Origin: Nitrospirales bacterium
GTDB lineage: Bacteria > Nitrospirota > Nitrospiria > Nitrospirales > UBA8639
Assembly (NCBI GenBank): GCA_963555755.3
Contig: OY820905.2
Location: forward strand, 2,432,001-2,496,000
Length of the DNA stretch: 64,000 nt
Direction: 5' to 3'
Part shown: one piece after another, positions 19,024 through 30,396 of the stretch
Layout of the letters: every line of letters begins with the position of its first letter
How positions within the stretch are numbered: the stretch's first letter is position 1
Position numbers and translations under genes: made by a program
Notes under the pieces: generated by a model
The model's database searches: none
What the model was told of the DNA's origin: nothing
The model's input: the letters and a program-made list of their open reading frames with translations, nothing else

Positions 19024-20289
19024 ATGCCTGAAGACAATAACTTTCGTCACTCAAAATATTCACGATCTGATCCAGGTGATCGCGTCACCTATCTTACCCT
19101 CGAACCTGGGGCTCAACCCTTTACACCCGCCTGGCAGGATGCCTTGGGTGTGGCTGGTAAAACTCTGCATGACTCGGGAGTCCGTATGGTGCTACTCCTG
19201 TACGGTTCATATTTAGGCGCGGATTTATTTGGAGCCGGACGCTTGGATGAGTTGGGAGGGTTAAAACGAGGATATTCTCGTGGCATTCCAGGATTGGAAT
19301 CCTTACTCGCCCTTCTGAGACCAGCGGATTACCAAAGATGCCAAGGGGATACGGCCATCACGCCTCCGTTTCTCAATAATGATGCCACGAAGACACGGCT
19401 CGACGAACTTGTGCAGGATCGAGGAAATTTTACCGCCGAGTATCAACAAGGCCTTCAGGACGCTCTTTCTTCATCCGGGTCATCACCTATTACCTGCGTT
19501 CGGCATCTCTGGTCATCGTTGCATCACCACCTTGGTCGAGTGGAAGCCACCCTTGAGCTGCTGCATGAATTAACTCATCTCCAACAGACCTTACAATTGA
19601 ATGAGAAGCACCGCATCCTGATCATTGCCCATGGCCAGGCTGGTCAACTCGCTGCCCTATTGTCAAATTTTCTAGGACCGGAGGAATCCTTTGTTCGTGA
19701 GGAACTGCTTGAAATCCTTGGTCAATTCTATAGCCAATCCGATGATCCACGACCTGCACTGGCACATCTCCAGGAATTGGAGCAATTTTTGGCAACCAAC
19801 CAATCCCAGACATTCCCAATCTTGGATGTCGTCACCTTAGGCACATCGGTACGGTATGGATGGAATACGAATGGAATCGGAAAGCTGCTCCATCTGGCCA
19901 ATCACCGTCCGCTCCGAAGCGACGGTAAAACATGGTTGGCGAAAATGGATTTACCCCAAATCGTCATGGAAATGCCCATGGTGCTCGGTGGCGACTATGT
20001 TCAGCAATTAGCAGTCGCCAGTACGGATATCGTTCCTGCCACACCCCAGGAAGAGGAACTCAATCAAACCCTACGAGAAAATCTGGAACCCTTTGACGGG
20101 TTTGAGCGATGGCTCGAATGCGCGAGACGAGTTACCCGATGCCCTAATGACAGCCAATGTCTCCTGATTGACTATCAAGATGCCGGGGAAGGTCCCGCGG
20201 CGGAACACCTCTATGGGCATGCCTGTTATACCCGGCTTTCATCCCTGTTATTTCAGACTCGACAGATCGTGAAAGCCCTGTACTCATAA
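19024..20289 (+). CDS. Hypothetical protein, alpha/beta-hydrolase-like
   Basis: IIAHGQAG (cf. GHSxGG), DVVTLGT.VRYGW; long ORF. Confidence 0.65.
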   Translation: MPEDNNFRHSKYSRSDPGDRVTYLTLEPGAQPFTPAWQDALGVAGKTLHDSGVRMVLLLYGSYLGADLFGAGRLDELGGLKRGYSRGIPGLESLLALLRPADYQRCQGDTAITPPFLNNDATKTRLDELVQDRGNFTAEYQQGLQDALSSSGSSPITCVRHLWSSLHHHLGRVEATLELLHELTHLQQTLQLNEKHRILIIAHGQAGQLAALLSNFLGPEESFVREELLEILGQFYSQSDDPRPALAHLQELEQFLATNQSQTFPILDVVTLGTSVRYGWNTNGIGKLLHLANHRPLRSDGKTWLAKMDLPQIVMEMPMVLGGDYVQQLAVASTDIVPATPQEEELNQTLRENLEPFDGFERWLECARRVTRCPNDSQCLLIDYQDAGEGPAAEHLYGHACYTRLSSLLFQTRQIVKALYS

Positions 20290-20421
20290 TCCTCTTCCCG
20301 GAACATTGAGACATGAGCCTTGGGGGGCATTGACCGTGACTTGTCACTTATGGTAATCCTGCCCAGTTTGCCCCAGTAGACAATAGTTCATCGTTTGGCT
20401 GACCAACTCTGAGTACAGACC

Positions 20422-21600
20422 ATGATTGTCGGTGTCCCTAAAGAAACATATCCTGGCGAAAAACGTGTAGCCTTAATTCCCGCTATTATTCCTTCTCTCC
20501 AAAAAGGAGGGATGGACGTGCACATTGAACGCGGGGCTGGGGCTGAATCAGGGTATCCGGATTCTGTCTATGAAGAAAAAGGGGCCACCATTGCCACTTC
20601 GCGACTTCAGTTATTTGAAACCGCAAAAATTATCGTTCAAGTTCGTCAACTTGGATCCAATCCTGAACAAGGCCAGACGGATTTGCCATTGATGCAGGCA
20701 GGTCAACTGATTATTGGCATGGCTGAAGCCCTCTCCAATCCTCATGCCCTTCGGGACCTGAATGCCCGAAAAGTCATGGCATTCGCGATGGAACTCATGC
20801 CACGAATCACCAGGGCGCAAAGCATGGATGTACTCTCGTCCATGGGAACGGTTGCCGGGTATAAGGCGGTGTTGTTGGCTGCTAATGCCTTGCCAAAGAT
20901 GTTTCCCATGCTTATGACGGCAGCCGGCACGGTGGCACCAGCCAAGGTGCTGATTATTGGAGCCGGGGTTGCCGGGCTTCAAGCTATATCCATGGCACGT
21001 CGGCTTGGCGCTTCAGTTGAAGCGTATGACCTTCGCCCGGCTGTTAAGGAACAGGTATTGAGCCTCGGGGCGAAATTTGTTGACCTTCCCTTAGAAACTC
21101 GTGATTCCGAAGACAAGGACGGCTATGCCAAAGCCCAAGATGAAGAGTTCTATCGACGGCAACGAGAACTATTGGGCAAAGTTATTGCTTCCAGTGATGT
21201 AATCATCACCACCGCAGCCGTACCCGGGAAAAAAGCTCCAGTGCTCATCACGGCGGACATGGTCGCAGCCATGGCACCTGGATCGGTCATTGTTGATTTG
21301 GCTGCCGAACGTGGCGGGAACTGTGAACTCACCAAAGGGAATCAAACCGTTGTGGCTCATGGGGTCACGATAATCGGGCAGGAGGACCTTTCTTCCTTGG
21401 TTCCTTACCATGCCAGCCAAATGTACAGCAAAAATATCGCGACTTTCCTTCTGCATGTAGTCAAAAAGGGTGAGTTGACCCTCGATATGGAGGATGAAAT
21501 TACACGGGAAACCATGTTAACCCGTGATGGGACAATTGTTCATTCGCGGGTTCGGGAGATTTTAGGGCCCTTGGCTGGTTTACGAGCAGAGGAGACATAG
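20422..21600 (+). CDS. pntA: NAD(P) transhydrogenase alpha subunit, domain I
   Basis: GVPKE...EKRVAL, RITRAQSMDVLSS, GAGVAGLQA, DLAAERGGNC. Confidence 0.96.
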   Translation: MIVGVPKETYPGEKRVALIPAIIPSLQKGGMDVHIERGAGAESGYPDSVYEEKGATIATSRLQLFETAKIIVQVRQLGSNPEQGQTDLPLMQAGQLIIGMAEALSNPHALRDLNARKVMAFAMELMPRITRAQSMDVLSSMGTVAGYKAVLLAANALPKMFPMLMTAAGTVAPAKVLIIGAGVAGLQAISMARRLGASVEAYDLRPAVKEQVLSLGAKFVDLPLETRDSEDKDGYAKAQDEEFYRRQRELLGKVIASSDVIITTAAVPGKKAPVLITADMVAAMAPGSVIVDLAAERGGNCELTKGNQTVVAHGVTIIGQEDLSSLVPYHASQMYSKNIATFLLHVVKKGELTLDMEDEITRETMLTRDGTIVHSRVREILGPLAGLRAEET

Positions 21601-21606
21601 GACGCC

Positions 21607-21885
21607 ATGGATATTGTTTCAGGAATCACGATTTTTGTGCTGGCAATTTTTGTCGGCTTTGAAATTATCACGAAAATCCCCCCAACCCTTCATACCCCAC
21701 TCATGTCAGGGGCCAATGCCATCTCCGGGATTACCCTGGTTGGCGCGATTCTCTCCTCCGGGGCTCAGCACACCTTTCTGACCACGACCCTGGGGGTTCT
21801 TGCCGTGGTCTTTGCTACCATTAACGTGGTTGGTGGATTCATGGTCACGAACCGCATGTTGGCAATGTTTAAAAGAAAAACCTAA
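21607..21885 (+). CDS. pntA: NAD(P) transhydrogenase alpha subunit, membrane part
   Basis: PTLHTPLMSGANAISG, NVVGGF.VT.RML.MF. Confidence 0.95.
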   Translation: MDIVSGITIFVLAIFVGFEIITKIPPTLHTPLMSGANAISGITLVGAILSSGAQHTFLTTTLGVLAVVFATINVVGGFMVTNRMLAMFKRKT

Positions 21886-21888
21886 CAC

Positions 21889-23277
21889 ATGCCCGAATTA
21901 CTTCTAAATATTGGCTATTTAGTCTCGGCAGGCCTGTTCATTATTGGTCTCAAGGGGCTGACTCATCCCCGCACGGCGGTTCGAGGGAATCTTCTTGGTG
22001 CCTGCGGGATGCTTCTCGCCATTGTCATTACCCTGATGAACCATAGCATTGTGAGTTTCGAAGTCATCCTGACGGGGCTCATCATTGGTGCCGTAATCGG
22101 GGCCGTGCTAGCCATTAAAATAGAAATGACCTCGATGCCTGAGCTTGTCGCCGCTTTTAATGGATTTGGAGGCATTGCTTCGGTTTTTGTCGCAGGAGCG
22201 GCCATCATCGAAAACACCCTGCATGGTGCCACCCCCATGACACAGACGACGGTCGCCGTCGCGGCATCGGGTCTCATTGGCGCGGTCACGTTTTGGGGTA
22301 GCCTCGTGGCTTTTGGGAAACTTAAGGGACTAGTCGGGGATAAAGCCGTCCTGTTTTCCGGCCAGCAAGTCATCAATGCCGGGCTTGCCATTCTCGCCCT
22401 GGCCTTAAGCGCCGGATTGGTCATGGATCCGACTAACGCATACTTCTACTGGCTCTTAGTTCTCGCGGCTTCAGCCCTGGGGGTTCTTTTGGTGATTCCC
22501 GTTGGCGGAGCGGATATGCCCGTGGTTGTAGCGCTGTTGAATTCTTATTCTGGACTGGCCGCGGCTTCGACAGGATTTATCTTGTCAAATAACGTGTTGA
22601 TCATCACCGGATCTTTGGTTGGTGCCTCGGGCCTTATTCTGACCCGCATCATGTGCAAAGCCATGAACCGTTCCCTCTTCAACGTCCTATTTGGGGTTCT
22701 CGCTCCAACAGGGGGAGGGGCCTCGGCTGACGAAGTGTACACTGGCCGGGTGAAATCAGCATCCGCGGACGAGGTCGCTCTCCTGTTTGATGCTGCACGA
22801 CGAGTCGCCATTATCCCAGGGTACGGGATGGCCGTATCCCAAGCACAACATCCCGTTGCAACCTTAGCCTCAATGCTCGAGGAACGCGGGATCCAAATCG
22901 AATATGGTGTTCATCCGGTGGCAGGACGAATGCCAGGACATATGAACGTCTTATTGGCAGAAGCTGATGTGCCGTATGAATCACTCAAGGATATGGACGA
23001 AATTAACCAGTATATCGATCAAGTTGACGTAGCTTTGGTCATTGGAGCCAATGACGTGGTTAATCCGTTGGCCAGAACAGACCCCACCAGCGCCCTTGCT
23101 GGCATGCCCATCATCAATGTGGATAAAGCCAGGACAGTTGTCGTGATCAAGCGAAGCCTCAGTCCGGGATTTGCCGGCATTCCCAACCCGCTTTTCGCCA
23201 TGGATAACTCGTTGATGCTCTTTGGAGACGGGAAAAAGGCCGTTCTGGATATCATTGCCGCCCTCAAAGACACTTAA
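21889..23277 (+). CDS. pntB: NAD(P) transhydrogenase beta subunit
   Basis: GGADMPVV, HPVAGRMPGHMNVLLAEA, GANDVVNP. Confidence 0.97.
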   Translation: MPELLLNIGYLVSAGLFIIGLKGLTHPRTAVRGNLLGACGMLLAIVITLMNHSIVSFEVILTGLIIGAVIGAVLAIKIEMTSMPELVAAFNGFGGIASVFVAGAAIIENTLHGATPMTQTTVAVAASGLIGAVTFWGSLVAFGKLKGLVGDKAVLFSGQQVINAGLAILALALSAGLVMDPTNAYFYWLLVLAASALGVLLVIPVGGADMPVVVALLNSYSGLAAASTGFILSNNVLIITGSLVGASGLILTRIMCKAMNRSLFNVLFGVLAPTGGGASADEVYTGRVKSASADEVALLFDAARRVAIIPGYGMAVSQAQHPVATLASMLEERGIQIEYGVHPVAGRMPGHMNVLLAEADVPYESLKDMDEINQYIDQVDVALVIGANDVVNPLARTDPTSALAGMPIINVDKARTVVVIKRSLSPGFAGIPNPLFAMDNSLMLFGDGKKAVLDIIAALKDT

Positions 23278-23538
23278 ACTCCTATTTTCTTTGTTTTTCT
23301 ACCCCTTTATATATAGTAATTTTATCTAGTATATTAATCTTATCTTTTCATCGAATACCTGTGCAGAACTACACGTGAAATAATATTGTAACTAGTTGAA
23401 AAAATTGAATAAAATTTAATTTACACTTTATCAATATTAGGTCTTGTTTGAACCTTTGTGAGTATGCTACATTTAGAGGTTGTCATACAGAAACTGGATT
23501 ATACTTAAGTTTTAGAATAGATCAGGGCAATTGCAGTT

Positions 23539-23733
23539 ATGGAAATAAAAGTCATTAATAACAATGTCGAGAAGGCCTTACGTGTTGCCAAAAAGAAACT
23601 GGCAGCAGATGGATTGTTCCGTGAATTAAAACGGCGTCGCTTTTATGAGAAACCAAGCGTAAAGAAAAAAGCCAAAGAACGAGAAGCAGCACGGCGTCGA
23701 CAGAAATGGTTGGCCAAACGTACGTTCCGGTAA
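23539..23733 (+). CDS. rpsU: 30S ribosomal protein S21
   Basis: EKALR..KKK...G.FRELKRRRFYEKPS. Confidence 0.96.
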   Translation: MEIKVINNNVEKALRVAKKKLAADGLFRELKRRRFYEKPSVKKKAKEREAARRRQKWLAKRTFR

Positions 23734-23808
23734 ATCTCAACTGTACATCACCCCTCTCTCCTCGTTTGCACATTTCCCATCAATTATTTTTCACTCCCCA
23801 GGATCCCA

Positions 23809-24465
23809 ATGCGTGACGAACAGATTCACGCGGTCATCAGAATTGTCAAAAAGATCATTCAGCAATGGGAAGAGCCAGTGCTCGGGGTTGTCGCTCGAGA
23901 ATCCCACGATCCCTTTCGCATACTGATTGCTTGCCTGCTCAGCCTTCGAACAAAAGATCACACCACAGCCGAAGCCAGCCAACGATTATTCACACTAGCT
24001 GATACTCCAGCACGCATGCTCACACTCCCAATCAAACAGGTAGAGCGAGCCATTTACCCTGTGGGGTTTTACAAAACCAAAGCCAAACAAATTCTTTCGA
24101 TCTGCCAAAGCCTTTTGGATGATTTTGGAGGTCAGGTTCCTGATTCCATTGATAACCTGCTCACACTAAAAGGCGTGGGAAGAAAGACGGCGAACTTAGT
24201 CGTGACGGTAGGCTTCAACAAACCTGGAATTTGCGTGGATATTCACGTACACCGAATCAGTAATCGGTGGGGATACATTCAAACGAAAACTCCAGAAGAA
24301 AGCGAACGGGCCTTGCGTATGAAACTCCCTAAAAAGTATTGGATCAATTTCAATGACTGGCTCGTCCCATATGGACAAAACCTCTGCCGGCCAGTTTCGC
24401 CTTTTTGTAGTCAATGTCTTGTGAGCACATACTGTCAAAGAGTGGGAGTCAGCACATCTCGGTAG
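23809..24465 (+). CDS. nth: Endonuclease III
   Basis: LKGVGRKTAN, VDIHVHRI, C-X6-C-X2-C-X5-C FeS motif. Confidence 0.95.
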   Translation: MRDEQIHAVIRIVKKIIQQWEEPVLGVVARESHDPFRILIACLLSLRTKDHTTAEASQRLFTLADTPARMLTLPIKQVERAIYPVGFYKTKAKQILSICQSLLDDFGGQVPDSIDNLLTLKGVGRKTANLVVTVGFNKPGICVDIHVHRISNRWGYIQTKTPEESERALRMKLPKKYWINFNDWLVPYGQNLCRPVSPFCSQCLVSTYCQRVGVSTSR

Positions 24466-24573
24466 GAGCCTGTCCGGGATTACAATTTCAATGGAACCAA
24501 GGCTGTTCTTGTCAATGGAGCTCTGTACACGACAATGTTTATTTGTGAGAAAAGCAACATGCTGGGCAGGTAT

Positions 24574-25251
24574 ATGAACAACCGAATGATCTTCAGTCTC
24601 GTGGTGGCATGGGGGATGGTAGTGCTATGTACCGGGTGCGCGGCGCCCCATTTTTTTACGGTCACGATTTATGAAAGTCCGGATCGAGTCGTCAAACTGC
24701 AGGCCGTATCGGATGCCAACAACGGGAAAGGGTTCTCCCATCCGGCATACATTCCTGAGGAGAAGTTGGCGGAAGTGATGCGGGGCTTGCAGGTTGAGAT
24801 CCACAACACGGCATTGTCGGTCCCGTTCCTCGGAAGGTCAGGCACCAGTAAACGCCAACAAGTGTTTAGCAACCGTGAGATCACATTCTTTGCTCCCTTG
24901 TTTGCCAAAGGCCTGGCGCAAGCTACGCCGGAAGAGATAGTGACCTTTTTTGAAACTGCGGATATTTCTGACTTGAATCAAATCACCACGTCAGGTGGGC
25001 TGTTTGTCAAAGGGGATGAGATCCACTTCTTATTGAGCAATCACGGGGTGAAAACGCGAATATGGCAGGATAACGAACAGTATGAAGCACCCTATCATTT
25101 ACGGCCTATGGAACCTATTGATCCACAACCCGGCCGTCTCGTCTTCGACCCACCACACCTCATGCTAGAACCTCAGCGAGGGATTCTTAATATTGGCCTC
25201 ACAGCCGAACCCTGGGAGGTGGGAATTCGGTGGAAAGAGCTAGGGCAATGA
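24574..25251 (+). CDS. Putative lipoprotein, paralog of 6693-7379
   Basis: CTGC lipobox; FSHPA...QATPEE motif. Confidence 0.7.
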   Translation: MNNRMIFSLVVAWGMVVLCTGCAAPHFFTVTIYESPDRVVKLQAVSDANNGKGFSHPAYIPEEKLAEVMRGLQVEIHNTALSVPFLGRSGTSKRQQVFSNREITFFAPLFAKGLAQATPEEIVTFFETADISDLNQITTSGGLFVKGDEIHFLLSNHGVKTRIWQDNEQYEAPYHLRPMEPIDPQPGRLVFDPPHLMLEPQRGILNIGLTAEPWEVGIRWKELGQ

Positions 25252-25297
25252 ACCCAACAGGTAGGTTAAGACCAATTCTCCTCTAATTTAGTAGACT

Positions 25298-25558
25298 TTA
25301 GTAGACGTGCCGTCGATGCTTGATGGTGAGAATGATGACCTGCATTTTGTGTTTCCAGACTTCATACACGATTCGATAGGCCCCCACTCGTAACGATCGT
25401 TCCCCCGCATGGTTCCCAACTAGCGGTTTTCCTTGAAGGGGAGACGCTTGTAGGGTCTCCAGTTTCCTGGAGATTCGATCACACAGACGTTGGTCGTTCT
25501 TGGCTAACTGCATAAGATCGTGTTCTGCTTCGCGGGTGAAGCGAACCGCATAATTCAC
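25298..25558 (-). CDS. RelE/ParE-family toxin
   Basis: FTREAEHDL, GKPL.G, LRVGAYRIVY, HRRHVY; overlaps the antitoxin stop. Confidence 0.92.
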   Translation of the reverse strand: MNYAVRFTREAEHDLMQLAKNDQRLCDRISRKLETLQASPLQGKPLVGNHAGERSLRVGAYRIVYEVWKHKMQVIILTIKHRRHVY

Positions 25559-25827
25559 GATCGTGCCAGTTTTTTCTTCAGGGTGGACAGCGCAATCGTC
25601 TGTCCCTTGCGGGCTTGTTTCTTGGCACGGTTAATAGCCTGTTCTTCGTCGGGACAGGCTTGAAGGTCAAGGGTTTCTAGCAATCCCTCATACTCCTCGG
25701 CACTCAGGAGGACCGCAGCATCTGTCCCATTTTTTGTGATGACAACTCGTTCATATGTTTCATGAACTTCCTGAACAATAGCCGAGAGCTTGTGTTTCGC
25801 CTCGGCTAACGGCATGGTTCGGCGCAT
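25555..25827 (-). CDS. Phd/YefM-family antitoxin
   Basis: LAEAK.KLS, VITKNG..AAVLLS.EEYE.L.ETL. Confidence 0.92.
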   Translation of the reverse strand: MRRTMPLAEAKHKLSAIVQEVHETYERVVITKNGTDAAVLLSAEEYEGLLETLDLQACPDEEQAINRAKKQARKGQTIALSTLKKKLARS

Positions 25828-26115
25828 AAGGGCTCTCCTTCCCGGATGAGTATTAATAGCCCCTAATTATAGGCTAAATGGGAGGAAAGTCAAGGATGGA
25901 GAAATGAGGAGGATATTTCAATTTTCGTTCCTAGGGCTAAGGGTAGTATGAATATAGACTAGTTGTGTGCCAATCAACCCTCAGCCTGACCCTATCTTGC
26001 CCAATGTATATTTTTCCAACCGTATCAAAATTTGATGTTTCTGGAAATGAAATTGAAGGAAGAAGCGAGTGAAAGAAAAAGGTGACAAAAACAGAAATAT
26101 GTATCAGAAACATTT

Positions 26116-26699
26116 TTACTGTTGTTGCATGTGTTCCTGCATTTTCTTGAGCTGTTCCAGCATCTTCCTCCTATCCTGACCTTGCGGCATTATTTCTTGT
26201 GTGCCTTTTTTCTTCCCTGCTATTCCTGAACCACGACCTAGACCTTGAAGCTCCTGAATGTGTTTGAAGGGATCGATTTCTTTCACGACGATCTTTCCAC
26301 CCATCGCTTTTATGAAATCAGTCCCGACTTTCATCAAATTGGGATCCTTCCGGTTAGCCATATTGAGCATGGGGCTTTCCATTTTGGTCGCAGTGTTGGC
26401 CACCTGATCGACTTGATACGCCCACCGGCCATCGGTATACATAAGCTGATCTGTCGACTGCGTCACGCCCATCATGCTCATGGTACTCTTCATTCGTCTG
26501 ACAGTCTTTCGACCCCAATTATTCCATTTCATGGATTCTGTCCCTGTATTGACCCCCCGACATTGTATATTCAATTTGCCCTGCTTCAATTTCATAAAAT
26601 TTCACATTTTCCAGATTTCCGGCGTGGCTTGAAGGGACAAGGCCCCAAGCAGGACTCCCACCACGACTTCCAAAATAATCTACCGAACCCATGGTTCAT
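26116..26699 (-). pseudogene. Degraded exported hypothetical protein
   Basis: ORF 26116-26595 is preceded by an out-of-frame signal-peptide-like segment (VVVGVLLGALSLQA). Confidence 0.4.
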
Positions 26700-26872
26700 A
26701 ACGGTACCTCATCGTGTTTGGATCTGAATAAACAGTGTATCGTAGTTCAACAGTATCAAGGTTTAAGAATTCCGGAAATGGAGTGTGAAGAAATACCGTG
26801 GCAAACAGTGTGATGAAAGGGAAAAGAAAACCGTGTCAGGAGACTTTTCTGCTTCCAGAAGTGTGAAATTCC

Positions 26873-28294
26873 TCAGAACGACACGTCCCACTGTAGGCGA
26901 ACACGTTGTTCAGTGAGGGCGGGACCGATGGGTACATCCAAGGTTAAGTGTGAGGCATCCACAGTAATTTTGTTTCTGTGCCCTGCGAAAAACCAGTTGA
27001 TGGCCCCTGTGTATTCCCGCAAAGTGTCGTTCCCTGCGGATACATTTGGATCGACAAATGCAAACCGAAATGCAATTTCCAGGGGTTTAGGCACGGCGGG
27101 AATAAGACCATGCGGAAAATACCCAATCTGTGAATAGCTTCCCATAAGATTGGTTTTCGAGGGCATGACGGGTGTCGTACCTCCAAAACCGTTTAACCCG
27201 ATTCCGGCACCGGCATCTTTTATTTGCTTCCAGTGGTATTCATGTTGAATAGAAAGCCCCCTCCATTTCATAGCAAATTCTTCCACCATACCATCTGTTC
27301 GAAATTGTCCATCTGCGGCAGTTGAATCACTTGTAAAGGCCAATCCGAGTGATGTGGTAAAACCGGATTGCAGTGTTCCACACCCGCTGGATGACCATCG
27401 GGTACATTTCCCAATGTTAGTGAAGGCTCCAAACGCTATGCTGGCAGTAGGGTTCTCATGGTATTCCAGGTCACTTTGGGAAAATTTCAAATCCCGACCC
27501 AAAAAATTCCACTGAAAGCGGCCCAGCCACATGAGGTTATCGTCATCATTGGCCTCACCTCTTCCTGAACCGGTGAAGACCCCAACATAGTACCAGGAGT
27601 CGGCAAAGGTGCCAGGAGCCAGGTGGCCCATCAGCATCGCACCAACTTGTCGATCAACCGTAAAGACCGTATTGACGATAGAACGCTCAATAAATTGCTG
27701 CTTGCCTGAAGAGTCTACCCGCTCGCGATTGTAATTGACTTTCCATTGCCCGACTCGAAATTGAGCCCATTGGTATTTGTCCAGGGTAAATCGCCACGTG
27801 ATGAGAGAGGTAGATCCTGAGGAACTTCCTGAATCCGAAGTTGTTTGCCAATTGGCTTCAATATAATACTTAATCCAGGGTTGATACGCATGCCCCCCCA
27901 CTTTCAGTCGAACTCGGCGAAGTTCAAACGTCGCTTCTGGATTGTCACCAAAATCGACCGTACTATCCTCATCGCTGCGATCCGGGTAGGAAAATCGACC
28001 TTGAAAACGCCATTGCATGGACATTCGCCAATTCCCATCTTCGGTTGCAAACCCAAAGCCTTTTTTGGACCAAAACGGGATGGCAGAAACATCTTTGCTC
28101 TTTTTCTTCTCACCCTGGGGCTTTGTTTTTTCTCTGTCCGCTTCGATCCGGGCCCAGTCTTCTTTGCTGATCACCCCTTTTTCGCGCAACACATCACGTA
28201 ACGTGTCTCCGGCGATGGCCGGGGTCGAATTGAGAAAAAAGAGTATGCCAAGTATGGATAGTCCCCACCCTGTCCACAAACTTTTTCTCTTCAT
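26873..28294 (-). CDS. OprO/OprP-family phosphate-selective porin
   Basis: Signal peptide, FELRRVRL...G, GQWKV..RE..SS..QFIERS, C-terminal Phe; downstream of phoU. Confidence 0.88.
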   Translation of the reverse strand: MKRKSLWTGWGLSILGILFFLNSTPAIAGDTLRDVLREKGVISKEDWARIEADREKTKPQGEKKKSKDVSAIPFWSKKGFGFATEDGNWRMSMQWRFQGRFSYPDRSDEDSTVDFGDNPEATFELRRVRLKVGGHAYQPWIKYYIEANWQTTSDSGSSSGSTSLITWRFTLDKYQWAQFRVGQWKVNYNRERVDSSGKQQFIERSIVNTVFTVDRQVGAMLMGHLAPGTFADSWYYVGVFTGSGRGEANDDDNLMWLGRFQWNFLGRDLKFSQSDLEYHENPTASIAFGAFTNIGKCTRWSSSGCGTLQSGFTTSLGLAFTSDSTAADGQFRTDGMVEEFAMKWRGLSIQHEYHWKQIKDAGAGIGLNGFGGTTPVMPSKTNLMGSYSQIGYFPHGLIPAVPKPLEIAFRFAFVDPNVSAGNDTLREYTGAINWFFAGHRNKITVDASHLTLDVPIGPALTEQRVRLQWDVSF

Positions 28295-28422
28295 TCCGTT
28301 AAGCCTCCTCCAAGCGTTGTTGCATAATTGCCGTTAATTTACCACCGGGCAGGTCTCTTGATAGAGCCTGAGAGCAACCGATGCTCAGTGATCGCTCGTC
28401 TACAGTTTGCGCGAGCACTTGA

Positions 28423-28660
28423 GGGCCTGTTGAATATCTCACTCCAATAGCCAATACAAGCTCCAGAGAAGTCACGCATCGTCAATGGGGGGGAATGTTC
28501 AAAAAAGCATGCCCTGAGTCTTTCCGAAGGGTCTATCCAGTCCTGTCCTGAGCAGAGTCGAAGGAAAGGCCGCAGCCCTTTTGGCGCGCGGAGCGTACTC
28601 ATAGTACGTGAGCACGGCAAAAGGGCGAGAACGCCGCTGGCGGCTTTTTTCAACATTCCC
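28423..28660. mobile_element. MITE family A, copy 2, just after phoU
   Basis: gggcctgttgaa...ttcaacattccc; 5-bp TSD cttga (28418-22, 28661-65). Confidence 0.92.
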
Positions 28661-28674
28661 CTTGAAAAACTCGA

Positions 28675-29355
28675 CTATTCACTGCCCTTCTTCCGGTAGT
28701 CCTCAACGCGGTGCCGGATCAGCTCACCATCGACCATGAACACCACATCCTCCGCAATATTAGTCGCCAGATCCGCGATCCGTTCGAGGTGCCGGGAGGC
28801 GGATAGGGCATGTACGGCCCGTGTGATCGTCTCGGGGTCTCGGCGCATGAGATCTTGCAAAATGGTATACATATCCCTGTTGATCGCGTCGATCTCATCG
28901 TCCATCATCAGAACCTTCCAGGCCAGCGCGGTATCCCTATTGGTTAGCGCATCGAGACTGTCCCTGAGCATTTTTCGAACCCCCTCGGCCATCCGGGGAA
29001 AGTCCAACGATACGTCTAATTGCTCTTGGGTCGACAGGTAGGCGGCGCGCTCAGCGATGTTGACGGAGAGGTCGCCCATTCGTTCGAGGTCGTTGTTGAC
29101 TTTGAGCACCGCAACGATAAACCGGAGGTCCGCCGCCACCGGCTGGTGCAGCGCGAGGACCTTGAGGCACGCTTCCTCCACCTGGTTCTCTTTGTCGTCA
29201 ATGAAGTCGTCGCCGTCCATTACTTCCTCGGCCAGGTCGATACGACGATCCACCAGGGCGGTGATCGCCTTGTTGGTGACATCCTCCACCATTGAGCCGA
29301 GGCTCAGGAGCTCCTTCTTGAGGTGTTCTAGGTCCCGTTGCAAATGCTTTGACAT
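28675..29355 (-). CDS. phoU: Phosphate signalling protein PhoU
   Basis: QPVAADLR, DLERMGD, LERIADLATNIAE. Confidence 0.96.
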   Translation of the reverse strand: MSKHLQRDLEHLKKELLSLGSMVEDVTNKAITALVDRRIDLAEEVMDGDDFIDDKENQVEEACLKVLALHQPVAADLRFIVAVLKVNNDLERMGDLSVNIAERAAYLSTQEQLDVSLDFPRMAEGVRKMLRDSLDALTNRDTALAWKVLMMDDEIDAINRDMYTILQDLMRRDPETITRAVHALSASRHLERIADLATNIAEDVVFMVDGELIRHRVEDYRKKGSE

Positions 29356-29363
29356 CTCTCCCC

Positions 29364-30191
29364 CTATCCGAACCGGCCCGTCACGTATTCCTCAGTCCTC
29401 TTCTGCTTTGGACGGGTAAAGACCTCTGTGGTCTCACCGAATTCAACGAGTCTTCCGCCCTCTAAAAAAGCGGTGAAGGCGGAGACTCGGGCCGCTTGTT
29501 GCATGTTGTGAGTAACAATCACGATAGTATACCGGTCCTTGAGTTCGAACATCAGGTCCTCGATTCGAGCCGTGGAAACCGGATCGAGAGCGGAGCAGGG
29601 TTCGTCCATGAGGATAACCTCCGGCTCCATGGCCAGCGCTCGCGCGATACATAGGCGCTGCTGCTGTCCGCCGGAAAGGCTCATTGCCGAATCGTGCAGG
29701 CGGTCCTTGACCTCTTCCCAGAGCGCGGCTCGGCGAAGCGACTTCTCAACTCGTTCGTGGATGTCCCCGGGATAACGGTTGACCGTTGGACCCCAGGCGA
29801 CGTTCTTGAAGATCGACTTGGGAAAGGGGTTGGGCTTCTGAAAGACCATGCCCGTGCGTCGGCGCACCTCGACGGGATCAATGTCATAGGCGTAGAGGTC
29901 CGTACCAGAATAGAGTATCTGTCCCTGCATGGTCATGCCTGGAATGAAATCGTTCATCCGGTTGAATGCACGGAGCAGTGTGCTCTTGCCACACCCAGAA
30001 GGGCCAATGACGGCTGTGATCCGTTGCTCCGGGATCAAGAGGGAAACCTCGCTGATCGCCGGATTCTCACCGTAGCGGATGGTGACGCTGCGAGCCTCAA
30101 GAATCGGTCGGCTCCCTGCGACTGGGTTCGGGGCGAGATGATCCTTCACATCGGTTATGGGTCTGTTAATTATTTCCGGTCCAGGACCCAT
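29364..30191 (-). CDS. pstB: Phosphate ABC transporter ATPase PstB; original GTG at 30400 detached by a MITE
   Basis: [39 protein letters not shown]. Confidence 0.95.
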   Translation of the reverse strand: MGPGPEIINRPITDVKDHLAPNPVAGSRPILEARSVTIRYGENPAISEVSLLIPEQRITAVIGPSGCGKSTLLRAFNRMNDFIPGMTMQGQILYSGTDLYAYDIDPVEVRRRTGMVFQKPNPFPKSIFKNVAWGPTVNRYPGDIHERVEKSLRRAALWEEVKDRLHDSAMSLSGGQQQRLCIARALAMEPEVILMDEPCSALDPVSTARIEDLMFELKDRYTIVIVTHNMQQAARVSAFTAFLEGGRLVEFGETTEVFTRPKQKRTEEYVTGRFG

Positions 30192-30392
30192 AGGGCCTCC
30201 AGGGAAGACGGCTCGCAACAGCGGGAGGGAATGTTCAAAAAAGTTCGTTTTCTGACCCGCCCAACCCAAGCGCGCCAAGACACGCCCTTCCGCAGGCAAG
30301 GCCGCAGCCCTTTTGACGCGCGGAGCGTACTCTTAGTACGTGAGCACGGGAAAAGGGTGAGAACGCCGCTGGCGGCTTTTTTCAACATTCCC
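30159..30392. mobile_element. MITE family A, copy 3, in the 5' end of pstB
   Basis: 5-bp TSD gttat (30154-58, 30393-97). Confidence 0.92.
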
Positions 30393-30396
30393 GTTA

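Noticed and set aside
28329..28344. Sigma-54 promoter for the porin (TGGTAAATTAACGGCA)
   Set aside because: GG-N10-GC spacing only; poor match to the TGGCAC/TTGC consensus
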